From Botryllus schlosseri (taxonomy: Eukaryota), in assembly GCA_051294905.1 (NCBI GenBank), contig CM119372.1, positions 37,140,001-37,204,000 of the forward strand: a DNA stretch of 64,000 nucleotides, in the 5' to 3' direction. Positions 13,141 to 25,942 of this stretch are shown here, in pieces. Below the pieces are notes generated by a model. The model was given only the letters and a program-made list of their open reading frames with translations. It was not told the DNA's origin and searched no databases. Numbering within the stretch: position 1 is the first letter of the stretch; each line of letters begins with the position of its first letter. A program made the translations under genes and the position numbers.

Positions 13141-13429
13141 CATATGACTGTAGTCTTCAAGGACCGAGTATAGCCAGTACATATCTGGATGTAGAAATGT
13201 GACGAAAACACAATCTGATTGCTTGCAAATTTGAACATTTTGAAAATGTGACGTCTGCATTGAATAAGTTCTGAAAAGCACATATAAAATAACTAATAAT
13301 CCTAAACTAACACAGAAGAAATGAAGTGTTCCGTGGGTCATATGTCAAATCGTTTATTCATCAATAATGTATGTAACCAAATAAAGAATTATTTTCACAT
13401 TTCGACCAGGACTATTGATAGGTGAGCTC

Positions 13430-13990
13430 AGGGTTGTGACCAGGTCACAAAGCTCCCAGTCACAAGTCAATCTAACTTTTATAGTTTTGACTCGAGTCAA
13501 GTCGAGTCATTTTCAATTCACCACCGAGTCAAGTCCGAGTCCAAGTCATCGAGCAGAGGTTCGAGTCCGAGTCATGGTATTATGACTCGACTCCGAGTCC
13601 AAGTCATTGTGTTGACTGACTGCTCAGTTTACAGCTAAAGTCTTGTTAAACCCACTTATTGTAACTCTGTTTAGCGATATCGAATGGTTCGCATTAATAA
13701 TATAATAACTTTCCTCACTTTCAACAGTTTCTTGTCGCATTTTCAGGTACCAGTACCAATAGACGAAATCTCAATAGGGTGGTTACTTTACTGTTCTTCG
13801 AAATTACAATGAAATGTCGGTCTTGACCGTCTGAGTCTCGAGTCATATGACTTGGTGCGAGTCCTGCGCAATGACTCAAGTCGAGTAAATACACAGACTG
13901 ACTCGAGTCGAGTCGAGTCATTTCGTATTTGAGAAAATGACCTGAGTCAAGTCGAGTCATCAGAAAACCGTTACAATTACAATACTGGGG
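13430..13990. mobile_element. GACTCGAGTC-rich MITE family copy (boundaries approximate)
   Basis: Subterminal gactcgagtc/gagtcaagtc arrays shared with 18920-20060, 20710-23055, 30110-30320 and 32832-33807. Confidence 0.65.
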
Positions 13991-14118
13991 GAGCCACAGT
14001 ACAAACAAACAACGCATTATTACGTGATAATAAGATGTTAAAGCAACTCTTAATAATTTTTCGTCGCGGGCCGGATATAGTCGGTAATAAAGTCGTTTCG
14101 ATGTTTTCTGGAATTTAG

Positions 14119-14281
14119 ACTCTACAGAAGCCAATACATTTCATGTTGCGTTCATTGGCGATAGCAGATACGTGTTCCGCATTTATCGAAGGTTTCATGG
14201 GTGTCATTACGACTGCAGTAGGTTACTACTACCTGGGGCGGATTGGTTGTAACATTCAAGGATTTATGATTGGGACATTCG
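14119..14281 (+). CDS. Opsin A exon 2 (TM2-TM3 start; E90, C110, Q113)
   Basis: tttag|TLQKPIHFMLRSLAIADTCSAFIEGFMGVITTAVGYYYLGRIGCNIQGFMIGTFG|gtaag. Phase-1 intron in G121, as in vertebrate rhodopsin intron 1. Confidence 0.93.
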
Positions 14282-15269
14282 GTAAGATACTATGATTTAT
14301 TTTTGTCATAATAGCTGTGTTACGGGGATTTCATATACAGGGCATGGTCTCGATTATAGGGTTTGTATTGGTTGTCCGACATTTAGGTGTGCAACACAGT
14401 GACGCACGACACTCAAGTCCGGGATTTCATAACCTAAAACTAGTCTCAACCCTATAATCCAGGGGAGTTCATGTGTTCAACCTTTTTGTTATTCACGACC
14501 GCTTCCGATTACATAGCGGGCAGGCGGAATGGACCAAGTGATCCCGGGGATTCACCGATTAAATTGCTAGGTTGCCTAAAGAAAACGCTACACACCAAAT
14601 TTAGCTCAATTTTCACCATAGTCGAAGCCGACGAAGAGCCTATTGAAATTTATTACTCAATATAAAAAATTGGAAGATTTTTTTGTAATTTTACTCTAAA
14701 CCTCATGAAATTGTTGAGTTGTCTGCGAAAACGATGCAAATCAAATTCAATGCAATTCCAACCACAGATGCGAAGTTATTTCATCTTTTCAATAATAATT
14801 ATGAATTTTCCCACCGTCAATGATATTCTTGCAAATTCAAAACTTTCAACTGCTATAACTTCGCTTCTACGAGTTGGTATTGAACTAAAATTGTTTTGCA
14901 TCGTTTTTTTTTATACAACTTGACAATTATATAGGGTTGACAGTAAACATCTCTTTGATAATCCCGGTTGTGCGAAAAAGTGTCGAGACGGCAGGTTTCG
15001 TTGCGTTGGGAGCAGCTGTTCACACTTCCATTTTTGTGCCTCGGAGCACTGGCGTAGCAGCATGTGCTGCCGCCCCTGGCTCTCGTCGCCGCCCCTCCCG
15101 TAAGTAGACCGCAGCAAATTTCGACATAGATTCATGTTCAAGCAACCTTGTCAATAAAAATAATTACAAACAATATGCCGCGTCTCAGCCTTGCCGTCTC
15201 AACGTTAATAAGGCCGAAAATAATAAAGACAAGAAATAGCGAACGATTGTATTGTGCAAATAGAAAATC

Positions 15270-16070
15270 AATAGCCGCCTCAAAGCAAAATCAGCGATAA
15301 TATCCTCAAATTCAAGTTTTTGAGCTTAGTCTCTTTTTATAGACAGAATGGATAGAGCTGATAGCCGATCATCATTCATGGTAGAACGTAAATAAGACTT
15401 AATCAGTTTGAGCTTTGAGAAGCTCGCCTCACACTGCTCGCAATTGAAACACCAATGGTCAGATAGAGTTTCAGACACGAGCATGAATATGGTGTCGAAT
15501 CAAGTATAGCTTTGCATTAACTAACCACTGTAAAACATCAAACGCTGTTGCACTACGATCAAACGTGGTTTTACTGCTCCGCACCAGCCTCTTAACGCTT
15601 TTAAAATCTCAAGTTGAACAACTTCATATTATCATATCTTAATATGTGTTCGTCCTAGAGGCCTCATATTGGTTTGTACGAAAAGCTAGCAATCTTCTGA
15701 ATTATATGATTCCTAATTCGAAGGTATAAGACATGACAATGTTTGCAGATAACTCCAAAAAGTCCACCTCGTTGTCATAAGTGCTTCTAAAAGCGCTGGT
15801 GAATAAATTGTGACTTTCGCTTTGCAGCAGCAGCAGCGCGTGGGAATTCAAAAATCCAAACATATCATTTAAGTGGTGTATGCCGGTAAACCTAGTTTCA
15901 GTTCCAAGTTTAACTCTGTCCAGAGCTTGAAACATGCATCGTCTAACTTCTTCAACAACACCGAGGCCAGCATCTTCTGATTGTTCGCCAGGCATGCTCC
16001 TTTTTCTGCAAACTCTCCGAACAATCGGCATTGACGGATATTTCGGAGTGGTTCCATCGCCATTTTAACA
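15270..16070 (-). pseudogene. hAT transposase C-terminal remnant (hATC dimerisation domain)
   Basis: Minus strand reads RRVCRKRSMPGE...FQALDR...RF...FGFL, then LKLYLTIGVSIAS / CEASFSKLKLIKSYLRSTMNDDRLSALSILSIKRD*AQKLEFEDIIADFA. Frameshifts and a stop are present. Confidence 0.85.
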
Positions 16071-16204
16071 TATCAATTCGTGTTTTAGGAATCAGCGCGA
16101 CACTATGGCTTTCGATTGAAACCTGTTTGATTAAATTTTAGCTCACGGGACGCCAGCTATATGACTACCATTTAACGCTTCTTTTAGACGCCTGTGTACA
16201 CCGT

Positions 16205-18473
16205 GTCGAGCGAGAGAGTGTAATGGTGATGCGTCCGGCTTCTTGATCGGTTGGTCGTGGGTTCGATCTCCAGCCGGGTCAGACCAAAGACTCGAAAACT
16301 GGCATCAGCGGTTATCCCGCTAGACCAGTGATTCCCAACCGCGGCCCCCAGCTAGCCTTATTGCGGCCCCCACAAAAATATTGCGAAATCGATTTATGAA
16401 AAAAAAGATATTTATAAAATGCTCTTGCTTGGCTTAGAGTCTGGAGTTTTCAATTAGGATTGCAGAAAAGTTGTGAGTAGACTGCTAAGATTACGTCACT
16501 GCTGTTTCAATGCAATGTGCCCTAATTTTCCAGTTGAACGAGCAGAACCTATAGATATAGGTATTGATATAGGTATTGACTGGACCGTAACTGCCTCACC
16601 CCAAGCCCCCCAATTGGGGGGAGCGAGCTCGAAGGGGACCAAAAATTATTTAGTGAATTAGCATGAATTATTGAGTATTTTATGAAATTTTGTGCAACTC
16701 TTTCAAAAGTTTTTCGCGCTGCGCGCGATTTCGAGTTTCGAATTTCCTTAATTATTGGGTACTCTTACACCAAGATAAAATACGCAAGATTTATATAAGT
16801 GGGCATATCGGCGTTGGCCATTACCGCGCCACGACGCACTGAGACATACAAAGTTTTAGACCATGTAACATGCGACTGCAAGAAGTGTGCCAGAACGATC
16901 GGCAGCGAGAAAACCTTGGTCGAAAAGGACTGCCCTTACGCTGACCGAAAACTTCGTTATGTATATACAAAATACATATGGGTATGATTGACCATAGGCG
17001 CCTAAATGACTGGCGGCGAATGTTCCTGTCTTGGCAATCTGAACCTCAGGAGACAAATAGGCTACCATCCCGCAGGGAAGAATTATATGCCAGTGAAGAA
17101 CTACCAATTTGAAATCATGTGCATCTTTCAGTGTAGTACGTTTGGGCGATTCTATATGTTTTGACATAGCACACTGGAGGTCACGAAATAACATCATGTA
17201 ACGAAGTCGTACCAACGGGTCCGCCCATCCGAATATGTTTAATTATTATTTACGGGCCCTACAGTTTCCAAGACACCTCACTCAGCTTTACCGGTAAATC
17301 TGATTACGTGAGCAGAGAGGACAAGTAGTTGATATCAATATATATGCAATTCCCGATCTTATTGACCTATTTTATTTTGAATTATCGAAAATTTTCGCGC
17401 TCCACGCCGGCTCACTAAACGGTGATCCTGATTTCATGGCAGAAGCGAACAACGGGGCGGGGGTCGGTTTATCACCATATAGGAGCTCAAGACCTAAATG
17501 TTTTTGGGGGCCTGATGAAGTGCTGTTTCGTTCCTGCCAACGGGTATACGCCCGAAGATGTTTAATTATTATTGAGTGGTCCTACCTTTTCAAACACAAC
17601 TCACTCGGCTCAACCGGTCAATCTGATTACGTGAGCAGAGAGAGGAAAAAAATTTATAATAATATATATGCAATTCCCGATTATATTGACCGATTCAATC
17701 ATGAATTATAGAAATTTTTCGCGCTTGGCGCGAATTGTCGAGATAAACTGCCTAAAACGGACACCCGATTTAGATGATAAATAGCGGTAAAAAGCCATCT
17801 AGCCTGAGGGGGGTCTGGGGGGCTTCGAAGTTCTGTTTATCACCCTCTGGTGGGGCCAAGAGCAACGTTTTTTTGGGGGTTGGGGCTGACGAAGTGCTGT
17901 TACGGCTCTGGGTATTGATAACTAGTTTACGGATAGATGTGCAACAAGTGACTCACGATTGAATACGCCGAGATGCGTACTGCTTAGACGGCAAAAAGCA
18001 ACATAATCGGTAGTCCTATAGCTCGTGACCCAAGCGTCTGAATAATTTGATATGTCGGTGTTTATCGAAAGCAAGTGTTGCACTGATTCCAAAAATACGA
18101 ATTGAAATCTCGTCAGGGCAATAAAACTACTCCGAAATAGCCAGCAAAGGTTGATTGTTCTGAACAACGGGAGCGCGGCAACACAATGGTCAATGGCGTC
18201 TCTGCAATGCCAATTTTCATATTTTGATGACTATTTTGGGTTCCTTGCATTGCCCTGGTATTCGTGCGGCCCCGACCGTACTCTGAAATTCTAAATTTGG
18301 CCCTGCCACCGAAAAAGGTTGGAAACGACTGCGCTAGACGCTCAGCAGTCACAGAGGGAAAAACGGGGGTGCAGACTAGATGACATCATAAAAAAAGTCC
18401 GTATCGCATCTCCGTCGTCAAAGCATCTCGATGGTGCAGGCTAAAAAGAATACCATCTCTCTCTCTCTCTCTC
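16205..18473 (+). mobile_element. tRNA-derived SINE interrupted by a MITE
   Basis: A-box-like agtgtaatgg (~16217) and B-box ggttcgatc (~16260). The body resumes at 18340 after the inserted element and ends in a (CT)n tail. Confidence 0.7.
16326..18331. mobile_element. hAT (Buster-like) non-autonomous element
   Basis: TIRs cagtgattcccaacc / ggttggaaacgactg; exact TSD cgctagac. Confidence 0.88.
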
Positions 18474-20101
18474 GCTGTGCAGCCACATTTTGCCGCCCCT
18501 TTGGAGCCTGCCGCCCCTGGCGCAGAGCCAGAACCGCCAGGTGGCTGCAACGCCACTGCCTCGGAGTTGACTTTTATTAAAATAGACCTGCCTAGGCTGT
18601 TTCAACAAAATAAGTTTGTGTGTACTATTTAAAAATAGTACATTGAACGCTCTCTTATTCGAAATTTCATGCTGGTGACGTCATATTTAGTGATACTATT
18701 GTTGCTATACAATTTTCTTACCCGTGGCTGACGATTACCCCAGACGAATGTCTGCCGAAAACATTGTGGCTCTTCTAATCAAAATTCTCATTTCAATCCT
18801 AACTCAAGTGTTGCATGAAATTTGTCGCATGCTCCAATTTCAACGGATCATTATCAAAGGTTTACTGTAGAGTTGGCACAAAAACGTCAAATTCAGTCAA
18901 GTGGACAACGCTGAGATTAAGGCACTACATTTGAGTCGCAAGTTATTTCGAGTCCATTCAAGTCCCTTGAAATTTTTTAAAGTCAAGTCACGAGTCAAGT
19001 CCCTCAAATTTTCGAAGTGACTCTCGAGTCAAGTAAAGTTATCTCAAACTTTTATTTTTCGAGTCAATTTCAAGTCACAAAATATTCTCAGCAAAGGTCC
19101 TTTGAATTCATTTGCGGACACAGATGGATATGCAATATTCATATTGGCTATAGATTTGGCCAAACAAACAATCTTGCTTTCAAAGGCATACTCCATTTTA
19201 AATATTATGAGGTTATAATTCAATACAACCGATGCTGATTGCCTGAAATACTGCATCATGGGTGTGGGTTATAGTGCCAAAGTCGCATGTGTATTCGTAG
19301 AGTATTGTTTCAGTGTATGGGAGAAATATTTGGTCGTAAATGTCGTCGAAGTGACCAAGCATGGATAAATTTCGATCTCAGAAAAGCATAACCTTTCATC
19401 ATCCAGCATTAAACTCAATATCGAAGATTTTCGTCTTCGGTGTTGTATGCACCCCTGCCTGCGAAATCCACCCAGGCCTTTGGCGTGAATTCGAACTTAA
19501 TGAGTGACTTCCGCAACCGAGCACAAAGTGCATCGGTATTTCAAAACTATTGTAAATATTATTTGTTTGCAACATGCCATATAGCGGATTCAGGCCATGT
19601 GGTTAGAGGCATGTTCAACTGTGCGGTGCCCAATCTAGTTCCACACAAACTAGGCTATATGCATATTTATCAAATTCATTCCTACTGATTGCAGTGATAT
19701 TACAATCCCATTCAAGGCATATGATAGTATTTAAAGTCATAATGATGCAGATTTTGTCTGCCATGTCCCTGATGTCGTCAGTTTCGAAACCTAAATGAAC
19801 ATGTAATCTTAAAAACAAAGAATTGACATTGAAGACATGATCATTTCTAAAGCAGCAGCAAAAGCTCAGAATGCTTTATTCCGAAGTAGAATATTTGATG
19901 ACCTGGAAATTGGTCTTCGAGTCATGGGTCATTGCACATTTCTCATACGTTGAGTCCGCGTGAGGTTAATTCAATTTATGCCACTGAATCGAGTCAAATC
20001 CAGTCACTTAGAAAACGTGACTCGAGTCAAGTCGGCACTGCGCCATCGAACCAGCACTGACAAGGATGAATGTTAATTTCATATTATTTCCATTTTCCCA
20101 G

Positions 20102-20206
20102 GCATTGCTAATTTGACATTGATATGTCTGCTGTCAATATCAAGATATCTCGTAATATGTAAACCTTTTGGACACTATGAACTGAAGATGAGCCATGCAA
20201 AATACG
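20102..20206 (+). CDS. Opsin A exon 3 (TM3-ICL2)
   Basis: ttttcccag|(G)IANLTLICLLSISRYLVICKPFGHYELKMSHAKY(A)|gtgag. Corresponds to rhodopsin [23 protein letters not shown]. Phases 1/1 are compatible with the neighbouring exons. Confidence 0.92.
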
Positions 20207-21163
20207 GTGAGATTTACTATATTTTACATATTACCAGTTGGGGTGCAATTATCAGCGCTGATATCGTCCACGTAGCCTTGTGACCGCTGGTTAAAACAGA
20301 AAATAATACAAAAATTTGGAGATTAACTATACATGCGCACTGAAGTTAGAAATTCAGACAATGTAGTTTGATGGTCCCATTCGCAACATTGGCCTTCAGA
20401 GGCCCCCTTAGAACAGGCACTCCACACCTAGGGGTCGCAACAAAAAAGGGCGTCGTTTACCTTTTCCTGGGTCGTAGCGGAGACGATAATTACATAACAA
20501 TGACTACTACGAGAACGCTACTTAGACAGATGCTATCGACCGCTCATTTCTGAGAAGTTTTGTTTATTTTTCATTTTGGCGAATGCTGACCTGGCTAATA
20601 AGGTATTGGTCGATGTGGCACTGACGATAACGTAAGAATGTTGTCAAGCCACAACTGTGAAGATTTGGGCGAGAAAACACTGAAGAAATTAACTTTACAA
20701 TGTCTCTATCAGTGTTCGGATGACTCGAGTCGCCTTTTTCGTGTGACTTGACTTGACTCGAGTCACTCTGCAAATATGACTGGACTTGACCCGGCGTTTC
20801 CGAAATGCGGATTGACTCGTGACTCGGATCAAAATTTACAAATCAATTGAAAGTAATCAAGTATTCGGTGTCGATAAAAATTGCCGTATAGTTTACAAAT
20901 GTTCGGATTGCTCACGATACGCTGGTCTGACTTGTGATAACGACAAAACTCATTCATTCGAATATTTTCCGTTTTACTGACCCTCCATTATTTTATCACA
21001 AATACATTGACCGCTTACAGCGTACGTCGTTGCAGTAGTAAAATAATACAATAACAAGGTATTTATCTCTGTTTTATAGACAGGTCGTTGGTGGTTAGTG
21101 ATCACTGATCACCTTAAGCAAACATCTTGTATGGTCTGAATCGTATTCGAATATAGTTTGAAA

Positions 21164-22258
21164 CAGTGGTTCTTAACCTTTTTTCCTGCAGCGCCCCTTT
21201 TCGGAAATTGCCCACGTATGCTCCCCCCCTATTTCAATGACGGTAGTAAAACAAGGGTTCAGAGTGTCGGTCTCTCCGGCTTGGGACTTAACTATTGGAA
21301 ATAGCTTGAATCGCGCCCGAGAACAACTCGACTAATTGACACTATAATAGTTTTATGTCCTATATTCGGAATCAAATCCAGGTTGTTATAACAAACCTCG
21401 AGTATACGGACTCATACCATCTGGATCTAGGCCGGATTAACCCAAACATCCCGCATTCACCTCTACGATTGGCAATATGGCAACATTGACTCGATTGGGT
21501 TTAGTTTTATTGCTTTCTGTGACTAGTAAATCAGCTGGGACAGTGGTAGAGATCTTTACCGACATTGAATTTAGCACTGCACCCAGTTATTAACATTTAC
21601 ATGAGTGTATATCGAACAAAGCTATACCCATATCATATAACGTTATTGTGAGGTTACTGGTCCCAACAGTATAATCCGTTATGATACCAGGAACAAATAT
21701 TCTGAAGATTTAATTTTGTAGTTCTCAAATATAAATATTATTAGTCAATAATTTTCGCCCAAAAGCTTCCATGCAACTTTAATGTACAAAAGGGCTCACA
21801 CTCTCAAATGTAGTAGGCCTACAATGCCTCTTTCTGGGGAAATGCCTCATTTTGTGGAAAATAATCCGAGCTAGCTTGAAGGAAGTGTTTTACCGGAGAT
21901 TAAAAAGAACCCTCAATTCATTTTCCAATAATTTTATAAACCCCTGCATTCATGGAAACATGTTGAAAACATGGTCGATGTATATTTCGCGCGAAGCGCG
22001 ACGAAAAGTTCGGGTTTGACAGATTTTGCCAAATGTTAATTTTCAATGAGAACTCGGGGGTATATAGAAATGTTGCTCTGCTATATAATCGTATGTCCGT
22101 ATACTGCACCCTCTACTGCGCGACGCATTTTTCTTCAGCGTTCTCCGTACCGCCATCATGAGCCCTGCGCCCCTCATATCGCCCCGTGAGCGTTTCCGTC
22201 CCCTTCATAAACATAATCGCCCCTTGGAAGGCGCTGGCGACAAGGTTAAGAAACACTG
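21164..22258. mobile_element. hAT MITE (CAGTGGTTCTTAACC termini), nested
   Basis: TIRs cagtggttcttaacc / ggttaagaaacactg; degenerate TSD gtttgaaa / gtttagaa. Confidence 0.8.
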
Positions 22259-22297
22259 GTTTAGAATTTTATATTACTATAGTCAATCATTGGTGCA

Positions 22298-22551
22298 TGT
22301 TATGTTCTTGATCTTGTTCGAACAATAACTCAATGCGACGAGGTTGCAATACAGAATCAGTATATTATCAACAGAATAACTTTACGGCAGCGACACGATC
22401 CAGAGTGCAGTTAAATGAAAGACCAGTAGACAACAGAACACAGGGTATAAATACGAAGCACGACACACGAAGAAATAATGATTGGCGGTAATTACTAATC
22501 CTAGACAAATAAGAAACAAACGATACCAACGTAAAATGCATGAACATAACA
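22298..22551. mobile_element. Solo LTR
   Basis: TG...CA ends with inverted termini tgttatgttc / gaacataaca; exact 5-bp TSD gtgca; internal tataaa. Confidence 0.75.
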
Positions 22552-23494
22552 GTGCAGGCCTAAATTGTATCCTATGAATATGTAGTTGGGTATTGTATCA
22601 TATCAATTTGTTTCCGCTTTATGTTTGGTTTCGTATTCTATTCTCTATTTGGCGGATAATTAAAGACTGAGAGTGACGTAACTTAGCACTCGTACACTCG
22701 TGTGCTATACAGCGCCTATTTCATGCATATTCAACTCTATATTCTTCCCTAAATTTAAAGTAAATGGAGACTCACCTTGAATTTCAAACAGCTAGCAAAA
22801 TGAAACGACCTTATCATGCCTCGTACTTTGAAAAGACAACGTGACCTGAATTGTTACTCGACCCTTGACTTGACTTGACTTGACTTGACTTGACTTGACC
22901 TGACTTAACTCGACTTGACTCGAGTAAACTCAAAAATCGAGGGACCTGACATGGCTCGGGTCACCTTCAAAAATCGATCGACTTGACCCAAGTCAAAATG
23001 TGCAATGATTCGAAATGGCTTGTAACTCAAAGGTAATGACTTGACCCAAACACAGGTCCCTATAAGGCTGGATAGAGTTATTTGGTGACAAATACATCAT
23101 AGAAATCAATATAACGATAATTGCTACAAGTGAACCGGACGCCGATTCCCTCTTTTAGCTTTTTCTTTATATGACGCGAAAGTTGATTAAAAAACGGCAA
23201 ACCAAACGGAAAGTAGTCGCGTAAGTCGTTTTTCCTAGCGCGGTCTCGGTAAAATGAACTTTTGTTAGATGTCGTCTTCTCCGGATACGTAAAAAAAGGG
23301 GGAGTGGCTAAAATTTGTAACGAGCTTGATAAGGGGGCGGTGTGTCGAAAAAGGTTAGGAACCACTGATATAGAAAAAAATCGTTTAAAAAAATCGTATA
23401 TGCCTTGTTGTTGTCTTGTCGACTGCGACGATTGCTGTTCATTCCGAAACGATTCCTGCGCACATAACCCTCCGCTTACCACATGGGTCGTAAG

Positions 23495-24021
23495 TAGGGC
23501 TGGGCAAAATAATTCGAGTACTCGAATCTGAATCGAGTATTAATTTTAATGATTCGAGTCAAGTAGTAAAATACGATTTTTTCGAGTACTGAAATTATGC
23601 GCTACTCGCCACTGAATGGTAATTTATCAACGAAAATTATAGCTTTGATGCTATTTTCCACTGTGGAAGCCAAGAAACCTTGATTGGCCGTACCGCAGCA
23701 TACAAAACAGGGTATAAAGTACAAGTACAAAGCTGTGAACGTTACTGGAAATACCACATTTCCGAAGTCATGATCATCCCACAACATTGTCACAAATCGC
23801 AATGAAATCGGTATGGTCGAAAAAATACCAAGTATGGTTAATGTGATGGATAACAGGCATTATATTCTTTGTGGGGCTAAAAAAGGTACGTATTTGAGAT
23901 TTGACATACTACATTCTGTTATGACGTCATAATGAGTGATACTCGAAAACTCGACTCGACTCGAAGCATAACACGTGATTCAGAATCGAATCATTCAGGT
24001 ACTCGAATTTGCCCAGCCCTA
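23495..24021. mobile_element. hAT-type MITE (TAGGGCTGGGCAAA termini)
   Basis: 14-bp TIRs; exact TSD gtcgtaag. Confidence 0.9.
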
Positions 24022-24429
24022 GTCGTAAGTAAGTCTGGGCGAAATTACTAGCAATAATTTAGTATTCATCTTCCCAAGCTGGATCTCGGAACATTTGCAA
24101 ATCGGAATTTGGGCCGCGACCGTAAAAAGTTGGGTACCTATGCCGTGGAACTAGTCCAATGCACGGCTGTGGAATCGGTAAATTTTACTATCGACTTCAG
24201 CTCCGACTCCGACTCTAGACATAATCATAATACCGACTTGAACTCTAACTCCGGCTCCGACTCCTACTCCTACTATTTTCGTCATAGAACTACGACTCCA
24301 ACTTAAACAGTACTACAAATTTACTTCGAAAATATAATCGACCGTAGTGGTTAAATGATTTTATATAACTATTAATCATATAGGCAAACATATTATTCAC
24401 GATGGCAGTTGAAATTGTGGCATTGTGGC

Positions 24430-25683
24430 CAGAGGTGGTCAGTAACGAAGTACTACTTTTTCGAAGTACTCAAGTAGATCCAATTTGCGCTACTTATACT
24501 TATACTTCGTAATATTTTGTGATCTACTTACTTACTTTTCGCTATTTTCAGTTGTCAAGTAGAAGTGGTTTATTCCTCCAATCAGGAAGATAGCCTGAGA
24601 AACTTCAGAGCTGTTTTCACGGAGTATCAACACTTAATTTTCATAAAAGTTGAGTAAACCCAGAATTTTCGTCGCGCTTCGCGCTCAGTGGATACGGAGT
24701 GACCAGTATGATTTCACGAAAGTATCGATGAATATAATTTAGGTAGAGGGTTGGCGTGGTTCCGCTCACACTGCATTGTCGCCCATATGGAATATTTCAT
24801 CACAGTATATACGGGTCATCACAACGTTTGAAACTGCTGTTTCGCAATCTAGCATTTACTTATCATATCGTAATCTAGCTGTCCATGGCGTGTCCTAATC
24901 TGGAAAAGTGGACTCTGACTTTTTTTTAGTTTCAGAGCTGTTTTAGCATACCACCTTTGAAACTTTCTGGACAAAAGACATGAAATACATTTTGCGCTGT
25001 TAGAAGTAGTATTTATATTGCACTTACAATTCCCGTATTATATACTTTGTGATCTAATTATTATCAGCTCTTTTGTCTAGATAACATACATGTTGATGTA
25101 TAAAAGCAAGTGTAGTAATGCCTTTAATTTACGGAAATAAATCTACACAATATGGCATTTTTACGATCCACCATATTTTTTATTAACGTTTCCTAATCTT
25201 GCAAAGTGTTTACACCGTATCCTATACAACTTCTCCGTATTGCACTTCGACTAAACTACGGGCCTTATTATATGGGAGAGTGCGCCATACCATGATATAA
25301 TTCCTAAAACGTGCTGTTCGAGTAAACAGAGGATTAGTATCGCATTTCCATACCAATACTATCATTTTCATCTTATGATGCGGACGAATGCTTATGCTGT
25401 CGAAAATTGATAGATACCTCCTGGTATCTATCAATATGAAATAAGCTCGGCCCCTTTCGCATAGCTCAATTTGCATCTTTGGATAATCCACGCGAACGAA
25501 TTACGATCGTTTTCACAACTACTTACTTACTTGAGTAGATTTAAAGTTAGTCAATTATACTTCTACTTCAAGTAGTTTTAGGTTGATTATGGGAGGAGTA
25601 CTTCTACTCGTACTTGAGTAGATTTTTAGTCGCTACTTCTACTTTTACTTGTGTAGCTTTCTTGACTACTTTGACCACCGCTG
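24430..25683. mobile_element. hAT-type MITE with AAGTA/TACTT subterminal repeats
   Basis: TIRs cagaggtggtca / tgaccaccgctg; exact TSD attgtggc. A truncated inverted copy lies at 5940-~6780. Confidence 0.88.
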
Positions 25684-25942
25684 ATTGTGGCACAGCTCGA
25701 AATATTCACTGTGCAATGAACTTGGAAGTATTCCTTTCAAAATATCCTTCTTTTTGTCATATTCCACAAGTTTCTTTAACATTGACAAGCCACGGATATT
25801 CTAATACGTATCAATCCTTCAAATATAATACATTTCGCATTCTGTATAATAAAATGTAGATACAAACAATAGAAGTTTAGCTTTTATGTATAAGTCAGTA
25901 ACTAATACAAATATGTACAAATTTTCTCATTACACACTAGAC

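Larger units (their letters stand above)
15047..18558 (-). mobile_element. Defective hAT transposon containing a nested SINE and MITE
   Basis: TIRs cactggcgtagcagc / gctgcaacgccactg; exact TSD cctcggag; carries a transposase remnant. Confidence 0.88.
20710..23055. mobile_element. GACTCGAGTC-family hAT MITE with nested insertions
   Basis: Ends cagtgttcgga / cccaaacacag; TSD gtctctat / gtccctat; (gactt)n at ~22866-22920. Confidence 0.75.
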
